Notes under the pieces: model-generated
Told to the model about the DNA's origin: nothing
The model's database searches: none
What the model saw: only the letters and a program-made list of their open reading frames with translations
IMG/VR virus record: IMGVR_UViG_3300010151_000016
Location: 1 to 54,215 of that record
Direction: 5' to 3' (one strand)
Source of the DNA: a virus
Taxonomy: Duplodnaviria; Caudoviricetes
DNA: 54,215 bases
Shown here: positions 45,448-54,215 of the stretch, piece after piece
Layout of the letters: every line of letters begins with the position of its first letter
How positions within the stretch are numbered: the stretch's first letter is position 1
Translations under genes and position numbers: made by a program

Positions 45448-47572
45448 TAACCAAGACGTCATAGACGCAATCAATAGTCTAGTTCGTCTTATAGAACAAA
45501 ACGCACGTGTGCGTCCCAGTGAATCAACGACGTCTTTCGTAAGCGGCACTGCGAGTAATGACTCGCACCAAAAGAGAATGGAGAACATTCGCAAGGAGCG
45601 CGAAGAAGAAGAAAAGACTGTCGATTTAGTCTCAAGTAGATGGGAACAGTTCTGGAACAAAAGAAAAGACCACGAAGAAAAATGGGCCACTAGACGAGAT
45701 CAAGCGAATCAGGCCGCAACTGACTTCATGAAAAAGAACCGAGATGGGACACTCGGCGAAGGACAGACAGGCATACTTTCTGGGAAGTCGGGAGGTGCAA
45801 ATTTTCAGGCTTTCACACGGGGCTTACTTCAAGGCATGCCTTTTGGCGGTCTCATAGGATTTTTACTATTAGGTGAGATCAAACGACAAGAATTCGAAGC
45901 AAGTGGAAACATAATCAATCTAGCGTTCGACGATATAGGTAAGCGCGGCAAAGATCTGAATGGTGTGTTTGGCTCTATGCAACGTAGTCTTGACAAAATG
46001 TCGATTGGAGGGAAAGCAGATCTCGAAGCTGTAGGCTCTGCTTTTGCGAGCGCAGGCATCAAAGCAGAAGACATGATGAAAAATGTCTTCGGTAAGGCTA
46101 AAGGCGAAAGGGGGGGTCCAACCAATATGCTCCGCGATTCTTTGGCAGGAATCACTTTTTCGATGGACAAGGTCTTTAACATGGCCGCAGGTACAGGAGC
46201 TAAAGCACTTTCTGGAAGCATACGCGATATCGGCCAAGATATAGCTAAAACAAGTCAAGAGTTTGTCGGCTTTTCTTTAGCCTATTCTGATTTAGGTGTA
46301 AAAGGCTCACTTCTAGTCAACACGTTCTCAGAGGTCACGTCTGCTCTGCGTCTACAACGCTCTAGCATGGAAGGCACACTTCCCATGTTTGGAGCCCTCC
46401 TCGGGAACAAGGGCGGGGGAATAGCTCCAGAGGCAAATCTACAGCACAGACAACAGATGGCCGCGCAAGGAATGACAGGTATGGCGGGTGCCGTTGGCGG
46501 AATGCGTCCAGGGCTTTCTGCGTTATTCGGTGAGAAAATTTTCGGGAAGCAAGGTATTGACGCAGTTATCGGTTGGCAAGAAGGCTTCGCTAACATGAAA
46601 TCGGGCGACACTAAGGGGGATGGCTTCTTCGCAAAGGCAGCAGGAGGAATCTCTAAGTGGCTAAGTGATACGTTTGGAAAAGATACCAATATGCAGAAGT
46701 GGGGCGCACAGAAAGCATTAGGTGTTGATCCATTGACTGCACGTGCCTTCGTTGCTTTTGCCCAAGGTGCAGCGGAAAACAAGAGTTCAAATAAAACTGC
46801 TGCTCAGAAAAGAGCCGCACTAAATACACTCATCAAACAATTGAATACTGATATGAAGGACCGTCAGCCTCTTAAGGTGGCAGATTTCCTACGTGAGCAG
46901 AAGAAGTTACAAGTCCTTCTTCAAAAGATAGCGTCTTCGTTGTTGCAATTCCTCATGAAAAGTTTAGACCTGATCGCTACTACTTTAATGGGGATTTTAA
47001 TGGTCGTGTCTGACCCCACGCGCACGGATGGCAGAAATAGAAAAATCGCGAAGCATGTGAAAGGGCGGTGGATAACGGATTCATTTAGCATGGAAAAAGA
47101 CCTAAAGACTATCTGGAATAACGCCGCAGAAATCCCTGGTGTTGCGGAGGACATGGTCAAAGATCTAGGAGGCATGTCTGGTGGTTCTTTTCAAGGAGTG
47201 CGCGGTTTAATCAATCTGTCGAAACCATCAAAGGTGGCGAAGGCAAAGCGAGAGAGCCAACGCTCAGAGATAAGGGCGAAACTAAGAAACAAATTTTCAG
47301 GACATGCGCTAACGAACCAAGAGCTTGATGAGTTAGCAGGCACCTATATTACGCCGGAAGGTGGTGAAGCCTATGGTGGCAAGTCTACGAGATGGAACGA
47401 GCGAACGACAATACTCAATCGGATCGCAGCACAACGCAAGATGCCCCCAAAAGCCAAAACAGAACTGCTTCGAATAGGTAGACTAAAAATAGCATTTACT
47501 ACTACGGCCACAGTCGTTGACGATGGTGTAGACAAGACGGAGCCTGGTTCTGATGTTGTTCCAAGCACATGA
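45440..47572 (+). CDS. Tape measure protein
   Basis: Follows the frameshifted chaperone; helical, Gly/Ala/Lys/Met-rich, 710 aa. Confidence 0.75.
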   Translation: MADNQDVIDAINSLVRLIEQNARVRPSESTTSFVSGTASNDSHQKRMENIRKEREEEEKTVDLVSSRWEQFWNKRKDHEEKWATRRDQANQAATDFMKKNRDGTLGEGQTGILSGKSGGANFQAFTRGLLQGMPFGGLIGFLLLGEIKRQEFEASGNIINLAFDDIGKRGKDLNGVFGSMQRSLDKMSIGGKADLEAVGSAFASAGIKAEDMMKNVFGKAKGERGGPTNMLRDSLAGITFSMDKVFNMAAGTGAKALSGSIRDIGQDIAKTSQEFVGFSLAYSDLGVKGSLLVNTFSEVTSALRLQRSSMEGTLPMFGALLGNKGGGIAPEANLQHRQQMAAQGMTGMAGAVGGMRPGLSALFGEKIFGKQGIDAVIGWQEGFANMKSGDTKGDGFFAKAAGGISKWLSDTFGKDTNMQKWGAQKALGVDPLTARAFVAFAQGAAENKSSNKTAAQKRAALNTLIKQLNTDMKDRQPLKVADFLREQKKLQVLLQKIASSLLQFLMKSLDLIATTLMGILMVVSDPTRTDGRNRKIAKHVKGRWITDSFSMEKDLKTIWNNAAEIPGVAEDMVKDLGGMSGGSFQGVRGLINLSKPSKVAKAKRESQRSEIRAKLRNKFSGHALTNQELDELAGTYITPEGGEAYGGKSTRWNERTTILNRIAAQRKMPPKAKTELLRIGRLKIAFTTTATVVDDGVDKTEPGSDVVPST

Positions 47573-47608
47573 TGTGGTAGGTAGCGCAAGTCTCTAGGAG
47601 TAAAATAA

Positions 47609-48409
47609 ATGGCATTGATAGGATCAGGATACGGAGAGGCACACAACACCAACTATGACAGTGTACGTGTACCTATATCTTTTACGAGTACATACCGTCT
47701 CGGTGCAGAGAAGATACGAAACACGGCGCTAAAAGAGGCTCGCAACAAGAAAACGTCTTTGAGCGTAGACGAGATAAAGAAAGAATGGAATTACGACAAC
47801 GCGTCTAAAAACATTTTCAAGAATGTTGAAATGTTGATCAATCCGCATACGATACAATTCACGCAACCTAAACGTTTCACCAAAATGGACCATAGAAACG
47901 GATCTGTATTCTTTCACTTCGCAAACGAAAAAGGACAAAACAACGACATATTGAAACTGACATTCAATGGGAATACAGGAAACATTGACCGTCGTTCCTA
48001 TGCTGGTGCGGATAAAAAGAAAAAGAAAGAAAGAGATTACTCGAACTGGAATAAACTGCTCGCGTGGCACAATCTGTACCAACTTACGCGAGAGCCGGTA
48101 GTCTTAAAAGACGGAACGAGGAACGAATTTATCATAACTTACATGTCTCCGCTATTTCCTGTACCTATCGACTTTTACGGATTCTATAATAATGTGCTCA
48201 CTTTTTCTGAGGCAGGAATTACACCGTTCTCACGTGAATACACCTTCGAGTTCACGGTTAGTCACACGGAACCGGACTTGGATTCTATTCTCGATGCTGT
48301 TCAAGTTTCTACAGAAGAAGTAGCAGCACACCCAAAGAGTACCGGAAGTGTGTTCCCTAGTCTCGACGCAACGGGTCCGGGTGTAATCGTAATCGGAGTC
48401 ACAGAATGA
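47609..48409 (+). CDS. Baseplate-proximal tube-fold protein (tail initiator / distal-tail-like)
   Basis: MLINPHTIQF...LTFNGNTG...FYGFY...FSE...PFSREYTFEFTV; follows the tape measure gene. Confidence 0.6.
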   Translation: MALIGSGYGEAHNTNYDSVRVPISFTSTYRLGAEKIRNTALKEARNKKTSLSVDEIKKEWNYDNASKNIFKNVEMLINPHTIQFTQPKRFTKMDHRNGSVFFHFANEKGQNNDILKLTFNGNTGNIDRRSYAGADKKKKKERDYSNWNKLLAWHNLYQLTREPVVLKDGTRNEFIITYMSPLFPVPIDFYGFYNNVLTFSEAGITPFSREYTFEFTVSHTEPDLDSILDAVQVSTEEVAAHPKSTGSVFPSLDATGPGVIVIGVTE

Positions 48410-50610
48410 CGACAAAGGGACAAGTTACGAACGCGTTTCCTGCGTGGCGAATATTCATTTTCGGGCAAGAAGTCACCGAGGACGTCACTTCGTGTCACGT
48501 TACGCACAACGATGGCCGCAGTCCAAACTCTGCGGAGGTCACGCTTTTGTCTCCAGGTGATCGTTATGTCGTTACTGCGCAAGACATAGAAGCCTTGTAC
48601 AATAACGTCACACTTAAAGACTTAGCAGCGGATGGCGCGTACCAATTGGTTTCTTGGAACAGTGATCGCAGTATGCGCATGCAGAATATCACCCCGGACC
48701 AAGTCGCGGCTTTCTCTTCGAAAACACGTGAAGTTATACAGGATAAAATAACAGATCAAATTAAAGAGGATGTTATCCTCGCGAAATTCGATAAATCAGT
48801 ACAGGTGAATCAGCCTAAGCTCGGCGACCTAGGCTACGAGAACTCAATAAACATCGACATCAAAACGGCCAAGGAATTATCTGGAGAGGCATTTCGCTAC
48901 CCATTTCAAGAGGGCGATTGCATCTTTCATTCAAGTGACGCTGTCCGCATCTTTTGGCGAGATCCATTCAATCCGAAACAATGGCATCACATGTTCGCAG
49001 GCTTCGTGACAGATTGGTCAGAGGAATCAACCGCAGATCATGCGAGCACCGTCAAAATAAGATTCGAAGATGCATCACGTGTTCTCCGACATGCGAGGAT
49101 ATCTTTACAACCTGGATTCTATGATATTGAAGCACTGGCCGTTCAAGCGATTGATGCCGTTATACGCACAGTCTGGGCTGACGGGTTCTCCAGGTTGTCA
49201 TTGACTGAATTATTATTCACTTTGCTGTTTGGTGTTCAAACGGCGGGCACTGAGGCAAAGACGGGCACTACAAGTTCGTCAGGCGAAAACGAAAAAGGCG
49301 TAGACAAAAAAATAAAACCTGCTACAGCGTGGACGGACTCACGCTATGGTGTCCATGCACCGGAAGGAGTAGAATATTCCGCGCACGATGATGCCCTAGG
49401 TGCTTTTAGCTACTCACGTTCGCAAATATACTATTACGGGCTAGAGGGAGTCCCAGCGGAAGGTACGGAAGACAAGTTACCTACGGAACTGCAAGAACGA
49501 GTAGAGAAAATAAACTCCGACGAACTGGATGTATACTTACGCGATCCACGTGTCCGCACAGAGGTAATGCCTTCAGATCTTGAGTGGCTAAAATTGGATG
49601 GATCAACGGGAGACTCCCTCGACCTGCCCACTGATCTAGTTGCACAGCAGAACTTCATCATGAAAGAGTTGGGCGAGCACCCAGAACTCTATCCAGTTGA
49701 CGGTGGTGGTCTTGTCATGTTGCTGCCCAGTTCTCTTGGTCCAGAGGTTAATAAGACTCTCCTCATGAACGATATTGCCACCGACTTTGCTGGCACGCGC
49801 ACAAAATGGATGACGAGACTCGGCATAATATACGACATGATTCAGCGCATTGATTTTTCTTTCCATGTTTCACCTAAAGGGCACCTACTTTGCGAAATGC
49901 CTCTATACGATTTTAGTCCGCTAACTAATTTACCTGACAGGACGGATGGAGAGCGTGAATATGTCGTCCAAAAGGGAGAAGGTAATACATTCGACGATAC
50001 AGTGTTGGACTTACCTCCAGTTAGCGCCACGTTAATTGTTCCAGAGTCGAGAATTATTAGCTGGACGCGTTCGTTTTCGGAGGAAAATGTAAAAACATTA
50101 ATGTCTACACCTTGGTATATCGCGAAGAATTGGCTAGCTACAGGTCTGTCCATTGATGCAGCACAACCACCCTCCATTACACTTTTGCGTTCCCTAGTAC
50201 CTCAATTCGGTGTCCGTGCTGAAACGGTTAAGCCGGAAGGGTATATTGCATCCGAAGCAGCAGCACAGGTTTTCGGGAACGTAAAACTAAGGCAACTGAA
50301 CTCAAATGTTCGGACAGCAAACGTTTCAATTATACCTCGACTGGGCATCTTACCTAACCGCCCCATATATTTTGGTGCGCGTAATTTCATTGGTTGTTCT
50401 AGGTCCATAAAACATGAACTCACCTGGAATAGCAGTATGACCATGTCGATAGACGTCAATTATCTTCGTGGCTGGGACGGACAAACCAACGAGGGTAAGC
50501 AGATGATACACACGGAAATTGGTGGCGTAGCCACTGCCGGTGGGCTCAATTATGCGAGTATGCACAAAGCTGGGCTCCCAGTCGCGTCGTCTAAGCCCAG
50601 GAAAAAATAG
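48406..50610 (+). CDS. Baseplate hub protein (gp27/gpD-like)
   Basis: WRIFIFGQEVTEDV...MFAGFVTD...QFGVR...ANVSI.PR...IKHEL; lies before the spike gene. Confidence 0.65.
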   Translation: MTTKGQVTNAFPAWRIFIFGQEVTEDVTSCHVTHNDGRSPNSAEVTLLSPGDRYVVTAQDIEALYNNVTLKDLAADGAYQLVSWNSDRSMRMQNITPDQVAAFSSKTREVIQDKITDQIKEDVILAKFDKSVQVNQPKLGDLGYENSINIDIKTAKELSGEAFRYPFQEGDCIFHSSDAVRIFWRDPFNPKQWHHMFAGFVTDWSEESTADHASTVKIRFEDASRVLRHARISLQPGFYDIEALAVQAIDAVIRTVWADGFSRLSLTELLFTLLFGVQTAGTEAKTGTTSSSGENEKGVDKKIKPATAWTDSRYGVHAPEGVEYSAHDDALGAFSYSRSQIYYYGLEGVPAEGTEDKLPTELQERVEKINSDELDVYLRDPRVRTEVMPSDLEWLKLDGSTGDSLDLPTDLVAQQNFIMKELGEHPELYPVDGGGLVMLLPSSLGPEVNKTLLMNDIATDFAGTRTKWMTRLGIIYDMIQRIDFSFHVSPKGHLLCEMPLYDFSPLTNLPDRTDGEREYVVQKGEGNTFDDTVLDLPPVSATLIVPESRIISWTRSFSEENVKTLMSTPWYIAKNWLATGLSIDAAQPPSITLLRSLVPQFGVRAETVKPEGYIASEAAAQVFGNVKLRQLNSNVRTANVSIIPRLGILPNRPIYFGARNFIGCSRSIKHELTWNSSMTMSIDVNYLRGWDGQTNEGKQMIHTEIGGVATAGGLNYASMHKAGLPVASSKPRKK

Positions 50611-50612
50611 TC

Positions 50613-51824
50613 ATGAGCACGGTTAATAGTTACCTACATGAATTCGCGTATAAAAGTCGTCTATGGCTTGGTCAGATCGTGGACATAAAAGAAGAAGACG
50701 GTACGGCTACGGTAAAAGTTATAGGTCAAAATCCTGGTGCCGCAGACCAAGACCTAATTATACCTTGCGCTGTTTCAATACCAAACGCAAACGGCACAAA
50801 ATCTTCTTGGCAAAGGTACATGCCACAAAAGCACGACTACGTAAAACTAACTTACCGTACAGACGGGCATGCAGAGATCGTGTGTATGGCGATGTACGGT
50901 GGTATCAAAGAGAAAGAGAAAAAGTCTGCTCAAGGCCAAACCTACGCGGTTCTCAAGGAAATGAACGCCAGCAAAAATTACTTCGGTCTTCGTGACTTTC
51001 GACCGCTCAAACAAGGCGAATGGGACATGCGAAGTAGTGGCGGCGCGTACATATTTGGATCGAACAAAGGTCGTCTAATCCTAAGAAGTGGAATGTCTCA
51101 AATATCTGTAGAGAGACAACAGGATGAGATAAGGCAAGTAACGGGTCTTTTGAAGCTAAAGACAACGAACAGTGAGCTTCGTTTTGGTAACGTCAAACGA
51201 ACATCAGCATCAGATCCATTGAAAGAAGAAGGCAAGCCTGAAAATGCGCCTGGACAAGAATTCAGTGTATCTTTAGTAGCTGCCGCGCTTGTTCCGTTAC
51301 CTATCTACGAGCACAAAGCAGGCAACGTATACGACTCTTTAGGGATCGAAGTAATGTCATCTACAGGAAAGTCGCTTAGAAGTCAGACCATCGCCTATGA
51401 TGATACCGGCGTTATAGAAGTGCTCAAGACTACGGTAGACTCAGTAGGAAACACGTCTGTAACACAAGGACCGAATTCAACTAACTTCGACATCATTGGT
51501 GGAACAGGCTCGGAATTGTCGTCCACGTTCAACACGGTCGCAATAACTGGGACTACGAGTGTCGACATATCGTCTGCGAGCATAACACTGAAAACTGCTG
51601 CGTCTGGTGTTCCCACTGAAGGCGTTATCCTAGGCAATACTTTCTTCGACAACATGCAGCAGTGTATCTCGAAGCTCTCAGCGGCTATAGCTATTGCTGC
51701 AACATCAACGCAATATTCGGTTGGGGCCGCTGGACCAAACGCAGCAGCGCAAATTGGTGAAGCGATGGTGGCATTCCAGGCAGCGAAGTTATCCGTATCT
51801 AGTACGGTAAAGGTGAGTCTGTAG
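50613..51824 (+). CDS. Baseplate central spike protein (gpV/gp5-like)
   Basis: N-terminal OB-fold-like GQIVDI...ATVKV...YMPQKHDYV, then LKQGEW and a beta-rich C-terminus ending SSTVKV. Confidence 0.65.
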   Translation: MSTVNSYLHEFAYKSRLWLGQIVDIKEEDGTATVKVIGQNPGAADQDLIIPCAVSIPNANGTKSSWQRYMPQKHDYVKLTYRTDGHAEIVCMAMYGGIKEKEKKSAQGQTYAVLKEMNASKNYFGLRDFRPLKQGEWDMRSSGGAYIFGSNKGRLILRSGMSQISVERQQDEIRQVTGLLKLKTTNSELRFGNVKRTSASDPLKEEGKPENAPGQEFSVSLVAAALVPLPIYEHKAGNVYDSLGIEVMSSTGKSLRSQTIAYDDTGVIEVLKTTVDSVGNTSVTQGPNSTNFDIIGGTGSELSSTFNTVAITGTTSVDISSASITLKTAASGVPTEGVILGNTFFDNMQQCISKLSAAIAIAATSTQYSVGAAGPNAAAQIGEAMVAFQAAKLSVSSTVKVSL

Positions 51825-51827
51825 GCT

Positions 51828-52328
51828 ATGGCAATCTCTGGAGAAGCGCCAACAACCGCTCTAATCAATCATGATGTTGACAAGGAATTAAGTCCGTGCG
51901 TGAAATCTATCCTTTGTGGGCTCAACGCAGCGGCTAAAGATGCACTAATTGCGTTCTTAGATCTATACATCGCGCAAGGTCGCACACAAGTAAATGTTTA
52001 CAAGGCTCAGTTACTTCAGTTTGATATCGCAGTAATACCTGTGCAGATAGCACGTGGGATTGCGGATCAGGTGATTGCAGAGATAAAGAAATATACGCAG
52101 GTTCTACCTCTTGGGCTTTTTCAGGGTTGCTCAGATTTAGGCGACTTGAATCAAGCAGCAACCGCGTTTATCGACGAGTACGCTGCTGAGGCTAATATAA
52201 TATTGGACGACTTAGAACGCCTTCTATCGTTCAAGTTGTATTTAGAGGCAACCATAAGGGCACTGGAAGAACTTCTCAAATATTTGACTTCTCTTTTAGA
52301 CATATTCGAAGGATGTGATTCAAAATGA
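51828..52328 (+). CDS. Hypothetical helical protein in the baseplate cluster
   Basis: Tightly packed ORF, ATGA-coupled to the next gene. Confidence 0.65.
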   Translation: MAISGEAPTTALINHDVDKELSPCVKSILCGLNAAAKDALIAFLDLYIAQGRTQVNVYKAQLLQFDIAVIPVQIARGIADQVIAEIKKYTQVLPLGLFQGCSDLGDLNQAATAFIDEYAAEANIILDDLERLLSFKLYLEATIRALEELLKYLTSLLDIFEGCDSK

Positions 52329-52750
52329 CAACAACGTTCAAAATGGAAGGAGGAGATATTGTACTCGATGGTGTTGGACACCCGACGATTATCTCTGACG
52401 GACAAAAACTCAATCAAGACATTTCAGAGATGCTGGCTATACAAACAAAGATTTATGGCTTTGGTGCAGGACTCGAAAGTATGGTCGGTCATATCGGAAG
52501 CACTATTAGTCACACAATGGGAATCTCGCGCCTTGTTCGTGACGGTGTCTCAACGATGATAGCTCTTCAAAAGAAATTTCAGTACACAGAAAGGCCCGAC
52601 GAAGAACGCATTAGTCTGATTAGATCACTTAATGTCTATCCTGTAAGTACGGGTTCGGCAGGTATATCAGCGAAGACGGCATTTGCGTTTCGCGTCGATA
52701 TACAAACTACAGATAACAAGACAAAATCAGCAACAGGAGCGATAGTGTAA
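52325..52750 (+). CDS. Baseplate wedge protein (gp25/gpW-like)
   Basis: GDIVLD...KLNQDI...YGFGAGL...EERI; precedes the J-like gene. Confidence 0.7.
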   Translation: MTTTFKMEGGDIVLDGVGHPTIISDGQKLNQDISEMLAIQTKIYGFGAGLESMVGHIGSTISHTMGISRLVRDGVSTMIALQKKFQYTERPDEERISLIRSLNVYPVSTGSAGISAKTAFAFRVDIQTTDNKTKSATGAIV

Positions 52751-54183
52751 TGGCTATTGATAAAGTTACAGCAGCAGAATTCCAGACTAAGATACGTTCT
52801 GGTATTACATCACGTACAGCAACGCATGACACTTCTTATGGTCCTATAAGAGACATTGTCATCGACCCTATCGCGGAGGTCTTCGAAGATCAGAACGACC
52901 GCGTAAGAAAGGTCTCTGACTTATTGTCTCTTCTAAATATCAGCACATTTGAAGACGAAGACTTAGACGAACTTGTTTACAATGAAGGTCTTGTTAGAAG
53001 CCAAGGAAAGCAAGCGTCAGTTATGGCGACCTTTTCTTCGTCAAATGTTCCAAGTAGCGATCTGGTCGTTTTTCAGGGCTACCCCATATCTTCAGATGAT
53101 GGAGTCACGTTCGTAGTTACAGAGACCACAACATTACCTGTTGCAAGCTCGTCGGCATATTTCAACATCGACACCAATAAATACGAACTCTCTGTGCCCA
53201 TGATTGCAGTAACAACGGGCGCAGCAGGCAATATAGGCTCTGGTCGTCTAACGGGACTACTCAGACCGATGGTTTCTGGGTTTAGCGCCGTTACGAACAC
53301 AGACGCGGCAACGGGTGGCGGTGACGTAGAAACGAATACGCAACTCACAGAGCGTTATCTCCTAGCCATTCTCGGTCGCCAGATGAGCACGGCTTTAGGT
53401 CTCGAACGATTTATCCGTGACGAGTATTCAACTGTGGAGGATGTACATATTGTTCACGGTACAGATCCATTACTCACTCGTGCAGCTACGGACGCTGGTG
53501 CAGTAGACTCTTACATCATCGGTGATCAGCTTCTCACTGTGTCTCCCAGTGAAGTACATGCCTATATTGGGCTCGGTCAGCTTATTGCAGTAACAAAGAC
53601 ACCAGTTAGACAGATCGTGTCTATTGTAAATGGCGCAAATACACACGTTGAAGGTGACGATTACGAAGTCGTGTTTGACACATCAGGGATAGCAAAATCA
53701 ACGAGGTCTGTAGAAGGCATAAAGTTCTTAGCGGGAGGCACTTACTCCGCTGCACTGACTGCTGGCGATGCGATCACAATAACCTATACGTACAATAACC
53801 TTGTTAGAACAGTTCAAGCTGCGCTGGACGAGGAAGGAAGTGCTGTTCTCGGGCGCGACGTTCTCGTAAAAGAGGCTACAAAGATCAATGTCAGACTTTC
53901 CGCTAATCTAACGATTGAGACTGGATTCAATGCGGCAACAATACAGACTGCGGTGTCTTCCGCGATTCTAACGTTCATCAACGCGTTTGAACTCAACGAC
54001 GATGTAGAAGCATCCGACATCCAAGGAGAGGTAAGAAAGGTTACAGGCGTTGATAACTTTGTCATCACGGACCTGAACAATAATACAGCGGCAGCATCAC
54101 CGCTCGTGATTGCAGACCTTGCAATTGGGGGAAGTGAATATCCACGAATGGACGCATTAGACCTCCTCATAACGGTGGTGTAA
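52750..54183 (+). CDS. Baseplate wedge protein J-like (gp47/gp6)
   Basis: GPIRDIVIDP, GVTFVVT, AVTTGAAGNIG, VTNTDAATGGGDVETNTQLTER and DIQGEVRKVTGVD. Confidence 0.88.
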   Translation: MAIDKVTAAEFQTKIRSGITSRTATHDTSYGPIRDIVIDPIAEVFEDQNDRVRKVSDLLSLLNISTFEDEDLDELVYNEGLVRSQGKQASVMATFSSSNVPSSDLVVFQGYPISSDDGVTFVVTETTTLPVASSSAYFNIDTNKYELSVPMIAVTTGAAGNIGSGRLTGLLRPMVSGFSAVTNTDAATGGGDVETNTQLTERYLLAILGRQMSTALGLERFIRDEYSTVEDVHIVHGTDPLLTRAATDAGAVDSYIIGDQLLTVSPSEVHAYIGLGQLIAVTKTPVRQIVSIVNGANTHVEGDDYEVVFDTSGIAKSTRSVEGIKFLAGGTYSAALTAGDAITITYTYNNLVRTVQAALDEEGSAVLGRDVLVKEATKINVRLSANLTIETGFNAATIQTAVSSAILTFINAFELNDDVEASDIQGEVRKVTGVDNFVITDLNNNTAAASPLVIADLAIGGSEYPRMDALDLLITVV

Positions 54184-54215
54184 ATGCTTCATACAGGCAC
54201 ATATAAAACAACACC

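Noticed and set aside
51963-51970. Minus-strand ATGTATAG as a functional promoter
   Set aside because: It lies antisense inside a baseplate-cluster gene with no credible downstream gene. It is treated as chance and recorded as a counter-example to the motif finding.
40858-54183. Tailocin, eCIS or T6SS interpretation of the contractile tail genes
   Set aside because: Terminase, portal, protease and capsid genes are present in the same module, so this is a complete phage virion locus.
1-54215. CRISPR array, tRNA or rRNA genes
   Set aside because: No regularly spaced repeats or cloverleaf-like sequences were seen by eye, and intergenic gaps are short (about 110 nt or less). A covariance-model scan would be needed to exclude small RNAs fully.
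1-54215. The many minus-strand and nested ORFs in the ORF track
   Set aside because: They lie opposite or within well-supported + strand genes, have shadow-like Ser/Pro-rich composition and show no motifs. Only the dehydratase (32461-33288) is supported on the minus strand.
1-54215. Stop-codon reassignment
   Set aside because: Core genes are full-length in the standard code, and TAA, TAG and TGA all terminate genes.
54184-54215. Start of the next baseplate gene (ATG CTT CAT...)
   Set aside because: Only 32 nt are in the window, too little to call.

Overview
This is the virion-morphogenesis half of a large, contractile-tailed (myovirus-type) dsDNA phage genome, almost entirely on the + strand. 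Gene order: giant multidomain protein, terminase, Dam methylase, portal, prohead protease/scaffold, decoration protein, major capsid protein, membrane/lysis-like genes, a 1176-aa fibre, a glycosyltransferase/sugar-modification cluster, neck genes, sheath, two tube paralogues, a -1 frameshifted tail chaperone, tape measure and baseplate. Four signals stand out. (1) The >1900-aa protein carries several ADP-ribosyltransferase-like, zincin and repeated domains separated by a [K/R]-x-[A/G]-[A/S/G/D] motif that recurs in the portal, protease and capsid proteins. This suggests a protease-processed, head-packaged effector polyprotein. (2) An IscB-type PLMP/RRXRR-like module with no nuclease is fused to the gene right after the capsid gene. 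It sits behind RNA hairpins and has a nested second start. (3) A candidate phage late-promoter motif, ATGTATA(G/A), lies 3-5 nt before start codons that lack a Shine-Dalgarno. (4) A probable virion glycosylation system lies inside the structural module. All family calls come from motif recognition by eye; no searches were run.
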